NCBI GenBank assembly: GCA_963677485.1
Contig: OY781964.1
Coordinates: forward strand, 2,016,001-2,080,000
Reading direction: 5' to 3'
Length of the DNA stretch: 64,000 bases
DNA from: Armatimonadota bacterium
GTDB taxonomy: Bacteria > Armatimonadota > HRBIN16
The notes under the pieces were generated by a model, which saw only the letters and a program-made list of their open reading frames with translations, searched no databases and was not told the origin of the DNA. This document shows positions 1-13,102 of the stretch, in pieces. A program made the position numbers and the translations under genes. The first letter of the stretch is position 1; each line of letters begins with the position of its first letter.

Positions 1-1925
<1,925 letters not shown>

Positions 1926-2223
1926 GAGCTTCGATACCTTAGAGGCGCAACACACTACATTACTGCAATGTGCCACCATCTATAGAATTCATTACAGAAG
2001 TTTCCTTCTGTGACTGTCTTGTTTGTTTTGTGAAATGTGTAGCTTCAAGTAATTAGCTTTGATTTTTGGATTATTCATCCTAAACCATAGCTTCTTAACT
2101 TAAAGATGCCATGTCTACCCTATGCGATTTTCAATGTGCGTCTCGCCACTTTCGTGACAACTTTGCCGGATTGCAACCCGGCATTTCTTCTTACCTGCCA
2201 CCCACCTACCAAAACCTAAATCT

Positions 2224-2299
2224 TGGTGGAGGATAGCGGGCTCGAACCGCTGACCCCCTGCTTGCAAAGCAGGTGCTCTCCCAACTGAGCTAATCCCCC
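2224..2299 (-). tRNA. tRNA-Ala(TGC)
   Basis: GGGGGATTAGCTCAG...TTTGCAA...GGTTCGAGCC...CCA cloverleaf in the 16S-23S spacer. Confidence 0.97.
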
Positions 2300-2308
2300 A
2301 AACTTGGG

Positions 2309-2385
<77 letters not shown>

Positions 2386-2493
2386 ACGCCGCGAGACCGC
2401 GGAGACTAGGTGAAACTTGTTAAACCAAAACTAAAGAATAATAACTCGGACGACCTGAGAGATGCTCACCACTCCGAAGAGTGGGGCGCTTCC

Positions 2494-4045
<1,552 letters not shown>

Positions 4046-4216
4046 ATATCCTTTAACCCCTTACGAGGTCAAGTTCCAACTTTAGTGGATCGATTAGCTT
4101 CAAAACCGAATTACCATTCTTGTCAGTCTTTCAACTGACGTTTGGTTCGCTGCTTCACCTAGTTTTCAAGGTCCCAAGTCTTCGTGCTAGGCTCTCCTAG
4201 TCACTCGACCTTCAAT

Positions 4217-4245
4217 ATGATAACATTCGTGAACGGGCTTGTCAA
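4217..4245 (-). promoter_or_regulatory. sigma70-type rRNA promoter
   Basis: TTGACA (4245-4240), 17 bp, TATCAT (4222-4217) with extended TG; boxA-like CCTTGAAAACT at about 4161-4171. Confidence 0.8.
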
Positions 4246-4490
4246 TAGCTAAACCGCCTATTTTGGAATATTCGTTCAAATTGGTCTATAGAGGTATTAA
4301 ATGATACATTTATTCGCTTCAAGCATGTTTTTTGGCACATCGCGGCTGTTGACAACAGCCTCATCGGCAGTTAGTATCCATTGTGGCGTTACAAATGCGT
4401 GGACCTGAACGGCAATGACGGCGATCGGCCGCGGGTGTGGCCACCCAGCCAATGAAACACATGTGAATAACAGGCATATGGCCTCCGATT

Positions 4491-4630
4491 CCGCGACATA
4501 AATGTCTCGGCTATTGACCTGCCAAGCCTGCTGAAGCAGTCTGGGTGCCCATTCCAGCCACATGGCGAAGCCCTGCAGCCGGCTTCGAGCCGGCTTTTCG
4601 GGTAATAAGCCGTGTCCTTCAGGGCGCGGT
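4491..4630. repeat. REP-like hairpin cluster (family A: ccgcgacataaatgtctcggctat ... agcctgctgaagcagtct)
   Basis: Same motifs recur at 8886-8937 (inverted) and 26125-26257 (inverted pair). Confidence 0.75.
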
Positions 4631-4672
4631 GGTGAGTATCGCGGCCCAATCTCTCGTCATAGGAGCACGTGA

Positions 4673-5485
4673 TTGATCATCTCCGCCAGCCGACGCACCG
4701 ATATCCCTGCCTTCTTCATGGAAGAGTTCGTGCAGCAGCTACGGCAGGGGAGCTGCATTAGCGTGAACCCCTTCAACCCGAAACAACAGCGGGTGATCTC
4801 TCTGCTGCCTGAGGATGTGGATGCCATCGTGTTCTGGACCAAGAACCCCAAACCTTTGTTGCCATTCATCGATGAGCTGCAGAAACACTACCGCTTCTAT
4901 GTGCAGGTCACGCTGAACGGATACGGGGTGGCGGTGGAGCCGCAGGTACCGCCTCTTGACGAACTCGTGCAGAGTTTCACCGCACTCAGCCGGCAGATAG
5001 GCCCTGGACGCTGTGTGTGGCGCTACGACCCCATCCTGTTCACGGAGCACTTCACGCCCGAGTGGCATACCCGGCACTTTACAGAACTCGCCGCGCGGTT
5101 GGCGACACATACATATGGATGTACCATCAGTCTGCTGGATAGCAGTTACCGCGGGGCTGCCCGGCGGATGAAGGCGTTGGGGGATATCATCCCGTTTGAT
5201 CCCGCCGATGTATGTCACACCGCTCTGCTGCGCCATATCGCGCGCACAACCCGTGAGGTTGGCATGAGCGTACAGAGCTGCTCCTCGCAACTGGACCTCA
5301 CCCCCTATGGCATTCCCGCAGGCAAGTGCATTGATGAGAAGCTGCTGAGCAGGGAACTGGGCGTAGAGCTGCCTGCCCGCCGCGACCGGCACCAGCGGAA
5401 ACAGTGCCTCTGCCAGCAGGCGGTGGACATCGGCTGCTACAACACCTGCGGGCACGGCTGCCTGTATTGCTACGCGACGCGGTAG
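4673..5485 (+). CDS. DUF1848 domain protein
   Basis: N-terminal IISASRRTDIPAF, VFWTKNP, WRYDPI and C-terminal DIGxYNTCxHGCLYCYA signatures. Confidence 0.9.
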   Translation: MIISASRRTDIPAFFMEEFVQQLRQGSCISVNPFNPKQQRVISLLPEDVDAIVFWTKNPKPLLPFIDELQKHYRFYVQVTLNGYGVAVEPQVPPLDELVQSFTALSRQIGPGRCVWRYDPILFTEHFTPEWHTRHFTELAARLATHTYGCTISLLDSSYRGAARRMKALGDIIPFDPADVCHTALLRHIARTTREVGMSVQSCSSQLDLTPYGIPAGKCIDEKLLSRELGVELPARRDRHQRKQCLCQQAVDIGCYNTCGHGCLYCYATR

Positions 5486-5492
5486 CGCGGAT
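5441..5492 (+). repeat. 52-bp direct repeat, copy 1 (3' end of the DUF1848 gene)
   Basis: 49/52 identical to 6957-7008. Confidence 0.9.
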
Positions 5493-5706
5493 CCAACTTA
5501 CCCATTTCTTTAACAACACCAAGCCGAATGTTGGTTATTCCAAGTCTGGAGGATGGTTTGGGCGTGAGCCTGGCATGCATTACAGTTGAGCCGCTGGACG
5601 AAACCACCTCACGCCATGCGTTGTAGACTTACTTGCCCGTCTGTATGCCGTTTGCGTCCGTCAAGAAGAGTGTGCTGCCGAGTTAGTCGAACAATTACAG
5701 CTTACT

Positions 5707-6483
5707 TCATCGTTTAATGAAATCAGAGGCCAGTTTACGGATATCATGGTTAGTATCATTACGAGCTATCTGACGCATTACAGTTGTCACAACGGTGCAT
5801 TCCTTTGGATATCTGGTCAAGCACGTGACCACACCTCTACGACAGTCTGTCTCATTTTGGGATTTGGTATACATTTTGCGTAAATGAGCAACATCAGGGG
5901 ATGCGTTATAGAAGTCGCCAAGCATCGAATCGATATAGTTCGTCATGAATCTTGTAATTGATACACACATGAATTGCGAACTGCGAAAATAATGAAGTGA
6001 CTGAGTTAGGTAAGGCATAAATTGCTCTCCTGCCCCTGCTAACCGCACATATGGAATCGTGCCTGGGCAACCATTTATAAAGGATTTACCGTAAAATGAC
6101 ATTTCACTTATCTCAGTGCCTAAGCGCTTTGGATCATTTCTTATATTCCAACAAGCATCGAATAGCTTCACACACTCTATGAAGTGTTTCCGAAGTTCAT
6201 CACCGGAAGCCATCTGGCATAGTTGTCTTGTTTCCACTCTACGTGTAACAATCAGATCATAACTGATTGCCAATAGTTGATTAAACGACTTTCCATCAAG
6301 TCCGCTGATATCAGAGTTCAACAGCGTTAAATAACGATTGTCTTTCAACCATTTCGACCGGTACTGTTTTAACGATATATAGCGAGTGTTATAACTACTC
6401 GCTTTAAGTATTGTCAATACATCAGTATTGAACTGTTTAACTAAGCTAGATGCTATCATGCTGAGTCCCCAATTAATTTCCAT
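5707..6483 (-). CDS. hypothetical protein (low GC)
   Basis: 258-aa ORF in an AT-rich insert; its ATG abuts the upstream stop (TAAATG). Confidence 0.65.
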   Translation of the reverse strand: MEINWGLSMIASSLVKQFNTDVLTILKASSYNTRYISLKQYRSKWLKDNRYLTLLNSDISGLDGKSFNQLLAISYDLIVTRRVETRQLCQMASGDELRKHFIECVKLFDACWNIRNDPKRLGTEISEMSFYGKSFINGCPGTIPYVRLAGAGEQFMPYLTQSLHYFRSSQFMCVSITRFMTNYIDSMLGDFYNASPDVAHLRKMYTKSQNETDCRRGVVTCLTRYPKECTVVTTVMRQIARNDTNHDIRKLASDFIKR

Positions 6484-6768
6484 TTATATGCCAGGCTCGT
6501 TTGGTATACTTATCTCCCCACAATAGCACTGCGTATCATAGCTGAATGTCTTTATTAACTTATCGGTGATGTCAGCCCAACTCAGTGGGTTACCGCCATT
6601 TGTGTGGGTGATGCGGATACCGCCCTTGTTGGTTATCGTATCGCCTGAGTTGCACTTGTAGGCATAGTATATGCCTGTGGGTATGTAGCGCGCATCGGTG
6701 CCGTAGCTGAATGTCTGCCCAGAGACATTAGCGGGCATCATCTCCATATGGAATTTACCGAAAATCAT
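6484..6768 (-). CDS. hypothetical protein (possibly a fragment)
   Basis: 94-aa ORF coupled to the downstream ORF, promoter upstream. Confidence 0.5.
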   Translation of the reverse strand: MIFGKFHMEMMPANVSGQTFSYGTDARYIPTGIYYAYKCNSGDTITNKGGIRITHTNGGNPLSWADITDKLIKTFSYDTQCYCGEISIPNEPGI

Positions 6769-6835
6769 CTCTCGTACAATACACCCTTCTCAGTGCAACC
6801 AGCTTCGTCGCATCCGTTTTTTCCGGTATGATATG

Positions 6836-6864
6836 ACCTTACCCTTTCCCCATACGGATGTCAA
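6836..6864 (-). promoter_or_regulatory. putative sigma70 promoter for the low-GC cassette
   Basis: TTGACA (6864-6859), 17 bp, TAAGGT (6841-6836). Confidence 0.5.
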
Positions 6865-6956
6865 GAGGTTTTGGGGTATTTTTGGAGTTTTTTATACTCG
6901 TTTCAGTTTTGCCCAAAGCCCCAATTCCAACACTCCGCCAGCAGAACCGCGGACAA

Positions 6957-7008
6957 AACACCTGCCGGTATGGCTGCCTGTATTGCTACGCGACGCGGTA
7001 GCGCGGAT
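6957..7008 (+). repeat. 52-bp direct repeat, copy 2
   Basis: Duplicate of 5441-5492 including the TAG stop. Confidence 0.9.
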
Positions 7009-7041
7009 ACTAAAGATATCTAGTTTCCAGGGGGTCCATCC

Positions 7042-7992
7042 ATGTTATCAATAGCACCATCTCTCGTTCTACTTGCCACAGCGGCTCTGTTCACAGTCGC
7101 CACATCGCAATGCCGTGCAGCGGGTGCGGCCGACGACCATAAATCCAAAGTTGAAGAGATACCGGTATGGGCAGGTCCAGCTCCCGGTTCTGAGAACTGG
7201 GATTGGTCGGAAAGGTCCGTTACACCCAACGGCATGCCCATCACGCTGGATGTAGTGAAACCGGTGTTGCTGTATTATCCAGCCGACCGCAGTAAAGCCG
7301 TAGGCACCGCCATGATCGTGGCTCCTGGAGGCGGCTTCGCGGGGCTGATGATGAGCTACGAAGGCGTGGATGTCGCGAAAAAGCTCAACTCGATGGGGGT
7401 GGACGCCTTCATACTGAAATACAGACTGCTTTACACCGGTCCGGGAGCTCCAGCGGAAGGCGACGATGAACCCGAAGCAAAGAATGAGCAGCCGCGTGAG
7501 TATACGGTACGGGGCCGTTACAAAGCGCAAAAGGGTCAGGACCTTGTGGAGATGGCGGTGGCTGACGGTCAGCAGGCGATTCGTGTGGTGCGGAGCCTGG
7601 CCTCAAAATACGGATATCAGCCAAACCGAGTGGGTATGATCGGATATTCCGCAGGCGGTGTCGTGACCTCCGAGGCGGTCTATGGTCCTGTGGTTTCGCG
7701 ACCGGACTTTGCCGCCGTGATTTACGGGGTTGGCTTACCGCACGAAATGCCGAAGCCTGCCCCCCTGTTGTTCCTTGCCGTGGCGGGTGATGACACCATA
7801 GCGTATACCCAGACATTGGATTTGTTCCATGCCTATCATGATGGCGGCGGGAAAGTGGAACTGCACGCCTTCCAGATGGGTGCGCATGGCTTCGTGAACA
7901 AGGGCGGCGGAGCGGACCGCTACCTTGACCGGCTGGGGGAGTGGTTGAAGGTAAACAACCTGCTGACCAAACCGAAGAGCTCTGTTAAATAG
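7042..7992 (+). CDS. secreted alpha/beta hydrolase (esterase-like)
   Basis: Signal peptide, APGGGF oxyanion motif, GYSAGG nucleophile elbow, GAHGF. Confidence 0.88.
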   Translation: MLSIAPSLVLLATAALFTVATSQCRAAGAADDHKSKVEEIPVWAGPAPGSENWDWSERSVTPNGMPITLDVVKPVLLYYPADRSKAVGTAMIVAPGGGFAGLMMSYEGVDVAKKLNSMGVDAFILKYRLLYTGPGAPAEGDDEPEAKNEQPREYTVRGRYKAQKGQDLVEMAVADGQQAIRVVRSLASKYGYQPNRVGMIGYSAGGVVTSEAVYGPVVSRPDFAAVIYGVGLPHEMPKPAPLLFLAVAGDDTIAYTQTLDLFHAYHDGGGKVELHAFQMGAHGFVNKGGGADRYLDRLGEWLKVNNLLTKPKSSVK

Positions 7993-8186
7993 GTGGTTAT
8001 CTGACATGCTTCACGCGGAGGCGCGGATGGCACAGAGGCGGATTGACATAACCCTCGCGTCCTGTGCGCCTTTGCGTCTTTGCGTTGGATGTTCGTTCTA
8101 CCACCAGCAACAGAATCCGTTTGAATGCAGGTATAACAAGTACATACTGGCATCGCAGAGATGGATGACGAAAGGACGTGACCGAT

Positions 8187-8756
8187 ATGTATGCAACTGA
8201 CGACCTTCGCAACGAACACGAGGGCATCAAAATCGCCCTGAACGTGCTGGAGCACCTGGCCGGCGAACTGGACACAGGCAGCACTATTGACATAAAAGAC
8301 GCCGAGGATATGGTGGACTTCCTCAAGACCTTCGCCGACCGATGTCACCACGGGAAGGAAGAGGACCTTCTCTTCCCTGCTCTGGAAGCCGCCGGAGTGG
8401 CGAATGAAGGCGGGCCGATTGGTGTGATGTTGTACGAGCACGCGCGAGGACGTGAATACATCGCGGCCATGGGTAAGGCATTACCGGCTCTGCATCTGAA
8501 GGATCATACCGCCGAAATGGCGTTTGCCATCGCAGCCCATGGATACGCCAGACTGCTCAGGAACCATATCGTGAAGGAGAACAACATCCTATTTGTGATG
8601 GCGGAGCAGAAGCTGTCACCAGAGGAACACGAGCAGTTGGCCGCAGGCTTTGAGGTGATCGAGCACGAGCGCATAGGCCCTGGGGTGCATGAGCGCTACC
8701 ACGCCATGCTGGATATGTTGAGTGCCAAATACCCCGTGAATCCGCTGCTGGAGTAG
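8187..8756 (+). CDS. hemerythrin (HHE) domain protein
   Basis: LRNEH, HHGKEEDLLFPAL, EHARGR, HIVKENNILF motifs; start GTG 8178 or ATG 8187. Confidence 0.9.
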   Translation: MYATDDLRNEHEGIKIALNVLEHLAGELDTGSTIDIKDAEDMVDFLKTFADRCHHGKEEDLLFPALEAAGVANEGGPIGVMLYEHARGREYIAAMGKALPALHLKDHTAEMAFAIAAHGYARLLRNHIVKENNILFVMAEQKLSPEEHEQLAAGFEVIEHERIGPGVHERYHAMLDMLSAKYPVNPLLE

Positions 8757-8770
8757 GGGGGAGGTAGTTT

Positions 8771-9170
8771 CTCACGCGGAGACGCGGAGGGCACAGAGGC
8801 GGAGAGATTCGCAAGACCGGCGCGTATTTTGTCTGAACCACGGATTCCGCGGATGGAACGGATGACACAGATGCGAGACAAGGCGCAGACTGCTTCAGCA
8901 GGCTAATGGATAATAGCCGAGACATTGATGTCGCGGCGGCCAAACGCCACATGTCCCAGCCATATCCCTTCGCGCCTTCGCGTGAGACCGTTCCCTTCGT
9001 GCCAATCGCCAGCGGGCAAGGAACCAGACCGGCGCGGTCTTGAGCCTTCTGCAGCCGCTAGCCTGAGCCCAGACCGCCCCGGACAGTGGCAATCGAGGCA
9101 CCGTCCCTTCGCGTCTTCGCGTCTTCGCGTGACACGTCCCCCTCCGCGCCCTCCGCGTCTCCGCGTGATA
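8771..9170. repeat. mosaic of dispersed repeat families
   Basis: Bounded by inverted ctcacgcggagacgcggag / ctccgcgtctccgcgtga, with family A, B and short-period motifs inside. Confidence 0.8.
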
Positions 9171-9178
9171 GGAAAAGC

Positions 9179-12160
9179 CTACTCCAAATGGTACAGCCCC
9201 GTGCCCTTGGCCTCGATGTCCGCCTTGAACTCGCTGATACCGGAGCCGACCAGCTTGCCCGTAAACAGCTGGGTCACACGCGCAGGCCGGGGCAGGCGCA
9301 CGGTGCGGACACCACCCTCGTTGACGGACACCGAAAGCACGCTGCGGTTGGCGTAGACCGTCTCACCACCCTCGGTATACAGATGCACTCCGGCGGCCCG
9401 CGCCAGGTTGCGCAGCAGCGCGGTGGGGATGATCGGCGCGGAGGAATACACGCTTGTCCACTCCGGGTAACGGCGTACGGCTAAGCCGGCCATCGGAGTG
9501 TTGGCGATGGTGCCCAGAACCTGCGCTTTGGGGTCATCTGCGTAGATCACAGGACCGGTCACATAGTCGGTTCCGTAGTTGGTGCCGGATGCCAGACCAG
9601 CTAGAAGAGGGTCGGTGCCGTTGAGTTTCACCAGGCAGGGCGACTGCTCGCGCAGCATCTTCAAACTGATGCCCGTCAGCGACTCCATGCCGGCTGGATC
9701 GAGTTTGCCCTCGGTGTAGACGCCTGGCGCGAATATCCACACCGCCATCCGACCGTCGCGCTTGACCACCCTGTCGATCATCTGCCGCTGCTTCGCGGTG
9801 GGCGCCACGCACGATATGAACACATACATGCGATGGGGCGGTATCAACTCGATGTCGTCCAGCATATAGGTGCCGAATGGCGCACCCACATGGCCCAACT
9901 GCGGAAGCTGCTCCATGATCATCGGCCCGCTCAAGATATTGCCTGTGCGCAGCCATGCGAGGGAGCGCGGGTCCAGCACATACGCGATCTGATCGACCGG
10001 CGAGCGATCCCAATCCACCGTCTTGTTGGCGATGGCAGCCATATCACCGATCTCCCGCATCATGCGCGGATCATCAAACCAGCCGCCGCCCATGTCGAAC
10101 CACCACATGCCGCAGCCGTGACCCAGCACATTGCCCAGCTCACGCTTCTGCTGCAGCAGGCTCTCTTCATAAGTTGCCGCCTGACCAAACTCACCCACTT
10201 TGCCGCCTGTCAGCCAAGTGCGGTAGTCGTTCTCGTCCATCCAAAGCTTGCCGTGCGCCTTGATGGAGTCGGTCAGTGACATGAAGTGCGAAAAGCCGGT
10301 GCCTGCGGTCCGGAAGGCGTAGCTTGAGGGGCTGGTCATGAAGTCCACATCAGGGCAGGCCAGAAGCTTGTCCATCGCCAGATGACCCGCGTTCTGCTGA
10401 CGCTGATCGGCGGTGAGCTGCAGCACATAGCCGTAGAACGCCCCCACCAGCTTCTCGCGGCGCGTCGCCTCCTTGATGACCTTACCGAAATAGGCGATGG
10501 TCTCCGCCACCAGGTCACTGGTGTAGAGGCTGTAGTCGATGACCGACTGCGCCTTGGCAGGATCGTGCAGCGTGTAGAGAGCCGACTCAGACCGCTGCGC
10601 CCGTGTGGGGATCGGGGCGTTCTCAAACGTCACAGCCGGATCACCCCAGGCGGTGCGAAGGACCTCCACGCTGCCGTACTTCTCTTTCAGCCAGCGGTGG
10701 AAGGCATCGCGATTGGGCCGGCTGTAGTCCACCCATTGGTCCTCGTTGCCGCCCCACATCATCCATTCTTCGGTGGTGCCGGAGGCCACGTGGTAACCCA
10801 CCACGCGGTCCGCCCAGGGCGACTGTTCCATATGGCGGATATAACGGCGGATGGCCTCAGCGGTGTCTTTCCGCCAGACCTCGGAAGACCATGAGGGCAC
10901 CTGATGCTCATCGTTGTGAATGAACGGGATCGGCTTGCCGTCGCCCTTATCGTATGTCACCATCTCGTCGGGGTGCTGGTCGCACCACCATTTCGGTGCC
11001 CGAAGGTATAGACGGGGGAAGAAATGGGCCTGCGGATCGCTGCTCAGCACCATCATTGAGCGCTCATCCACCTGCGAATAGTCCCACATGTTAGGCGCCG
11101 TCCAGACCTCTTTCGCCAGGAAATACCCAGCCTCGGAAGGCGTGGAGCTGAAGGTGTAAAGATGCACCCCCGCTTGACCGAACTGCGTGAAATACTTGAT
11201 CTGCGGGTTGTAGGACATGTAGGAGATCGCCGCGTTGGGCTGCCCGTTTAAAAACAGCGTCGGTACGCCCTTGTGCGGCTTCACCTCGGCAATGCTTCTG
11301 GACGCCTTGCGTCCCTGCAGCTTGATCTTGCCCAGAACGCCCCCACCGCCCTTGCTGTCTACTACCATGTTACCCACACGAAGCCGCACGGTGTGCTCGC
11401 CCGTCCACGCAAACTCCGGTATCATCAGCTTCACTGGCCCGAAACTCGCGCGCTGACCCGCTTTCAACTCCGTCGGCAGGGAGACGGGCACGCGGGCCAC
11501 GATCGTCTGCCCTTTCAGAAGCTGCAGCTCGTTCACGGCGTCGTTCGTGAAGTCTTTCTCCGGTCTGATGGCCCCGCTAATGATAATCACCTTACCCGCG
11601 GCGGCTGTTGCTGGGATTGTCGCTGTGGCAGACACATGCACCGGCTCATCGCGCAGAAGGGTGATCGAGGCCAGCTCGATCTGGTATTCCGTATTCTGGG
11701 TGATGCCAAATGCGATGGCCGCCGTCTGCTGTGCAGGCCAGTCGAAGCGTCCGTTGGCATCTTTCGACCAGGAGGAGACACGGAACTGAGACAAAGTGAA
11801 GCGGACATCGCGCCACTCGTCTGAGTCGGTGAGGTTGAACGGCTCTGGGGAGTATTCGGCACCGTTCTGATCCACAATTTTCACGCAAAAGGCGAACGCC
11901 GCCCCCAGATTGCGCACTCGCAGCACCATCTCCTTGAAGGGCAGGGTGATCGCTCTCCGTAAATACATATCGGCGGAAGTGCCGGTTGCATCCTTCGGCG
12001 AAAACTTCCAGCCGATGGCGTTGCCGGCGGGTTCAATCTCATAGTGGTTGAACTCCACAGCCAGGCGTGAGGCATCGCGGGCGCTGTCCCATTCCTTCGA
12101 ATTAAGGCCGTCTACGAACAGCTCTTTCAGCGGTGTGGTGTTGGTTTTTTGCGGGCTCAT
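9179..12160 (-). CDS. beta-galactosidase-like glycoside hydrolase (GH42-like clan A) with N-terminal carbohydrate-binding-like domain
   Basis: VDYS...FHRWLKEKYGSVEVLRTAWGD motif, GTTEEW, LWMDEND; ATG 12160 follows a GGAGG RBS. Confidence 0.8.
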   Translation of the reverse strand: MSPQKTNTTPLKELFVDGLNSKEWDSARDASRLAVEFNHYEIEPAGNAIGWKFSPKDATGTSADMYLRRAITLPFKEMVLRVRNLGAAFAFCVKIVDQNGAEYSPEPFNLTDSDEWRDVRFTLSQFRVSSWSKDANGRFDWPAQQTAAIAFGITQNTEYQIELASITLLRDEPVHVSATATIPATAAAGKVIIISGAIRPEKDFTNDAVNELQLLKGQTIVARVPVSLPTELKAGQRASFGPVKLMIPEFAWTGEHTVRLRVGNMVVDSKGGGGVLGKIKLQGRKASRSIAEVKPHKGVPTLFLNGQPNAAISYMSYNPQIKYFTQFGQAGVHLYTFSSTPSEAGYFLAKEVWTAPNMWDYSQVDERSMMVLSSDPQAHFFPRLYLRAPKWWCDQHPDEMVTYDKGDGKPIPFIHNDEHQVPSWSSEVWRKDTAEAIRRYIRHMEQSPWADRVVGYHVASGTTEEWMMWGGNEDQWVDYSRPNRDAFHRWLKEKYGSVEVLRTAWGDPAVTFENAPIPTRAQRSESALYTLHDPAKAQSVIDYSLYTSDLVAETIAYFGKVIKEATRREKLVGAFYGYVLQLTADQRQQNAGHLAMDKLLACPDVDFMTSPSSYAFRTAGTGFSHFMSLTDSIKAHGKLWMDENDYRTWLTGGKVGEFGQAATYEESLLQQKRELGNVLGHGCGMWWFDMGGGWFDDPRMMREIGDMAAIANKTVDWDRSPVDQIAYVLDPRSLAWLRTGNILSGPMIMEQLPQLGHVGAPFGTYMLDDIELIPPHRMYVFISCVAPTAKQRQMIDRVVKRDGRMAVWIFAPGVYTEGKLDPAGMESLTGISLKMLREQSPCLVKLNGTDPLLAGLASGTNYGTDYVTGPVIYADDPKAQVLGTIANTPMAGLAVRRYPEWTSVYSSAPIIPTALLRNLARAAGVHLYTEGGETVYANRSVLSVSVNEGGVRTVRLPRPARVTQLFTGKLVGSGISEFKADIEAKGTGLYHLE

Positions 12161-12319
12161 GGTGTTCCTCCAAGGTGGCTGAGTGTGGTTCTTTGGTTTA
12201 CTATACGCCAATGAGGGGGCGGATACCTGCGTGAGGCGGGTTATGGTAATAGATGGCCGGTCGATACGTTAGCTCAAGGTATAATAGAGCTGGATCGGGC
12301 GAACCCATTGGATGTTAGA

Positions 12320-12520
12320 ATGAAGGAACTGTTTTTCGATACGCGCGAGGACAAGGTCGATGGCGGGTACACCGCGTCGGCAATCGGCCTTGGGATACAC
12401 ACCCAAGCTGAGACTCTTGAAGAGCTTCGAGCGAACATCCTTGATGCGGTGGACTGCTACTTTGACGAACCCTGCGAAGCGCCCGCAAGGATTGTAGTTG
12501 TTGGTAGCGTGATTTTGTAG
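12320..12520 (+). CDS. small HicB-like antitoxin-fold protein
   Basis: DGGYTASA-IHTQAETLEELRANILDAVDCYF resembles the HicB N-terminal fold. Confidence 0.7.
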   Translation: MKELFFDTREDKVDGGYTASAIGLGIHTQAETLEELRANILDAVDCYFDEPCEAPARIVVVGSVIL

Positions 12521-12599
12521 GGTTTTGTGGACGGATCGAGGATCGAAAGGCACAGAGTCTATCCCCAATCTGCGCCATCTGCGTAATCTGTGGATTGTA

Positions 12600-12911
12600 A
12601 CTCCCTGTCCACGCCAATTGTCGGCTGCACTCAAATCGGATGATGGCATCGACCGACTTGATGCGATTGCCATGATGCTTATTGTGCTTGGGGAGAGTGT
12701 GAAGAACCTGGATAAGGCTACCGATGGCACGCTATTGCCCCAATTCCCAGAAGTGGACTGGAAAGGGGCCAAGGGTGTAAGGGATATCATGAGTCATCAC
12801 TATGTGGATATAGACGCCGAAGTGATTTTCGATATCTGCCAGACTTTCATCCCTCCCCTGATCGCCACCATCGAAAAAATGCGGCAAGAGATAGTCAATG
12901 GCACTGTATAA
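12600..12911 (+). pseudogene. 5'-truncated HEPN/DUF86 (HepT-like) ribonuclease
   Basis: LGESVKNL, PEVDWKGAKGVRDIMSHHY (RX4HXY); N-terminus replaced by a dispersed repeat at about 12566-12615. Confidence 0.75.
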
Positions 12912-12976
12912 ACCGGTAATACATTGTTTCGCAGCAGATGTGTCGAGGCGCGGTTGCCGCGCCTAAGGGTCGGGAT

Positions 12977-13088
12977 GGGTCGGGAAACCCGACCCCTACA
13001 TGCTTGCCAGACCATCCAGGACACTACCAATGCGGACGCTATGTGTTGAAAAAACCCGCGGAGGGAGGGCGATTCGCGAATCGCCCCT
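12977..13088. repeat. REP-like palindromes (gggtcgggaaacccgacccctac; agggcgattcgcgaatcgcccct)
   Basis: Short GC-rich palindromes ending in CCCCTAC; the second is cut by IS110; relatives at 46401-46420, 54746-54764 and 59423-59446. Confidence 0.75.
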
Positions 13089-13102
13089 AGTACGCTATAT
13101 AT

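Noticed and set aside
8925-9356. ORFs with recurring peptides such as DRRGL..DRPGHSQ, NLRHLRNLW and SHAETRR
   Set aside because: Translations of non-coding dispersed repeats; copies contain stops or frameshifts and lack consistent starts.
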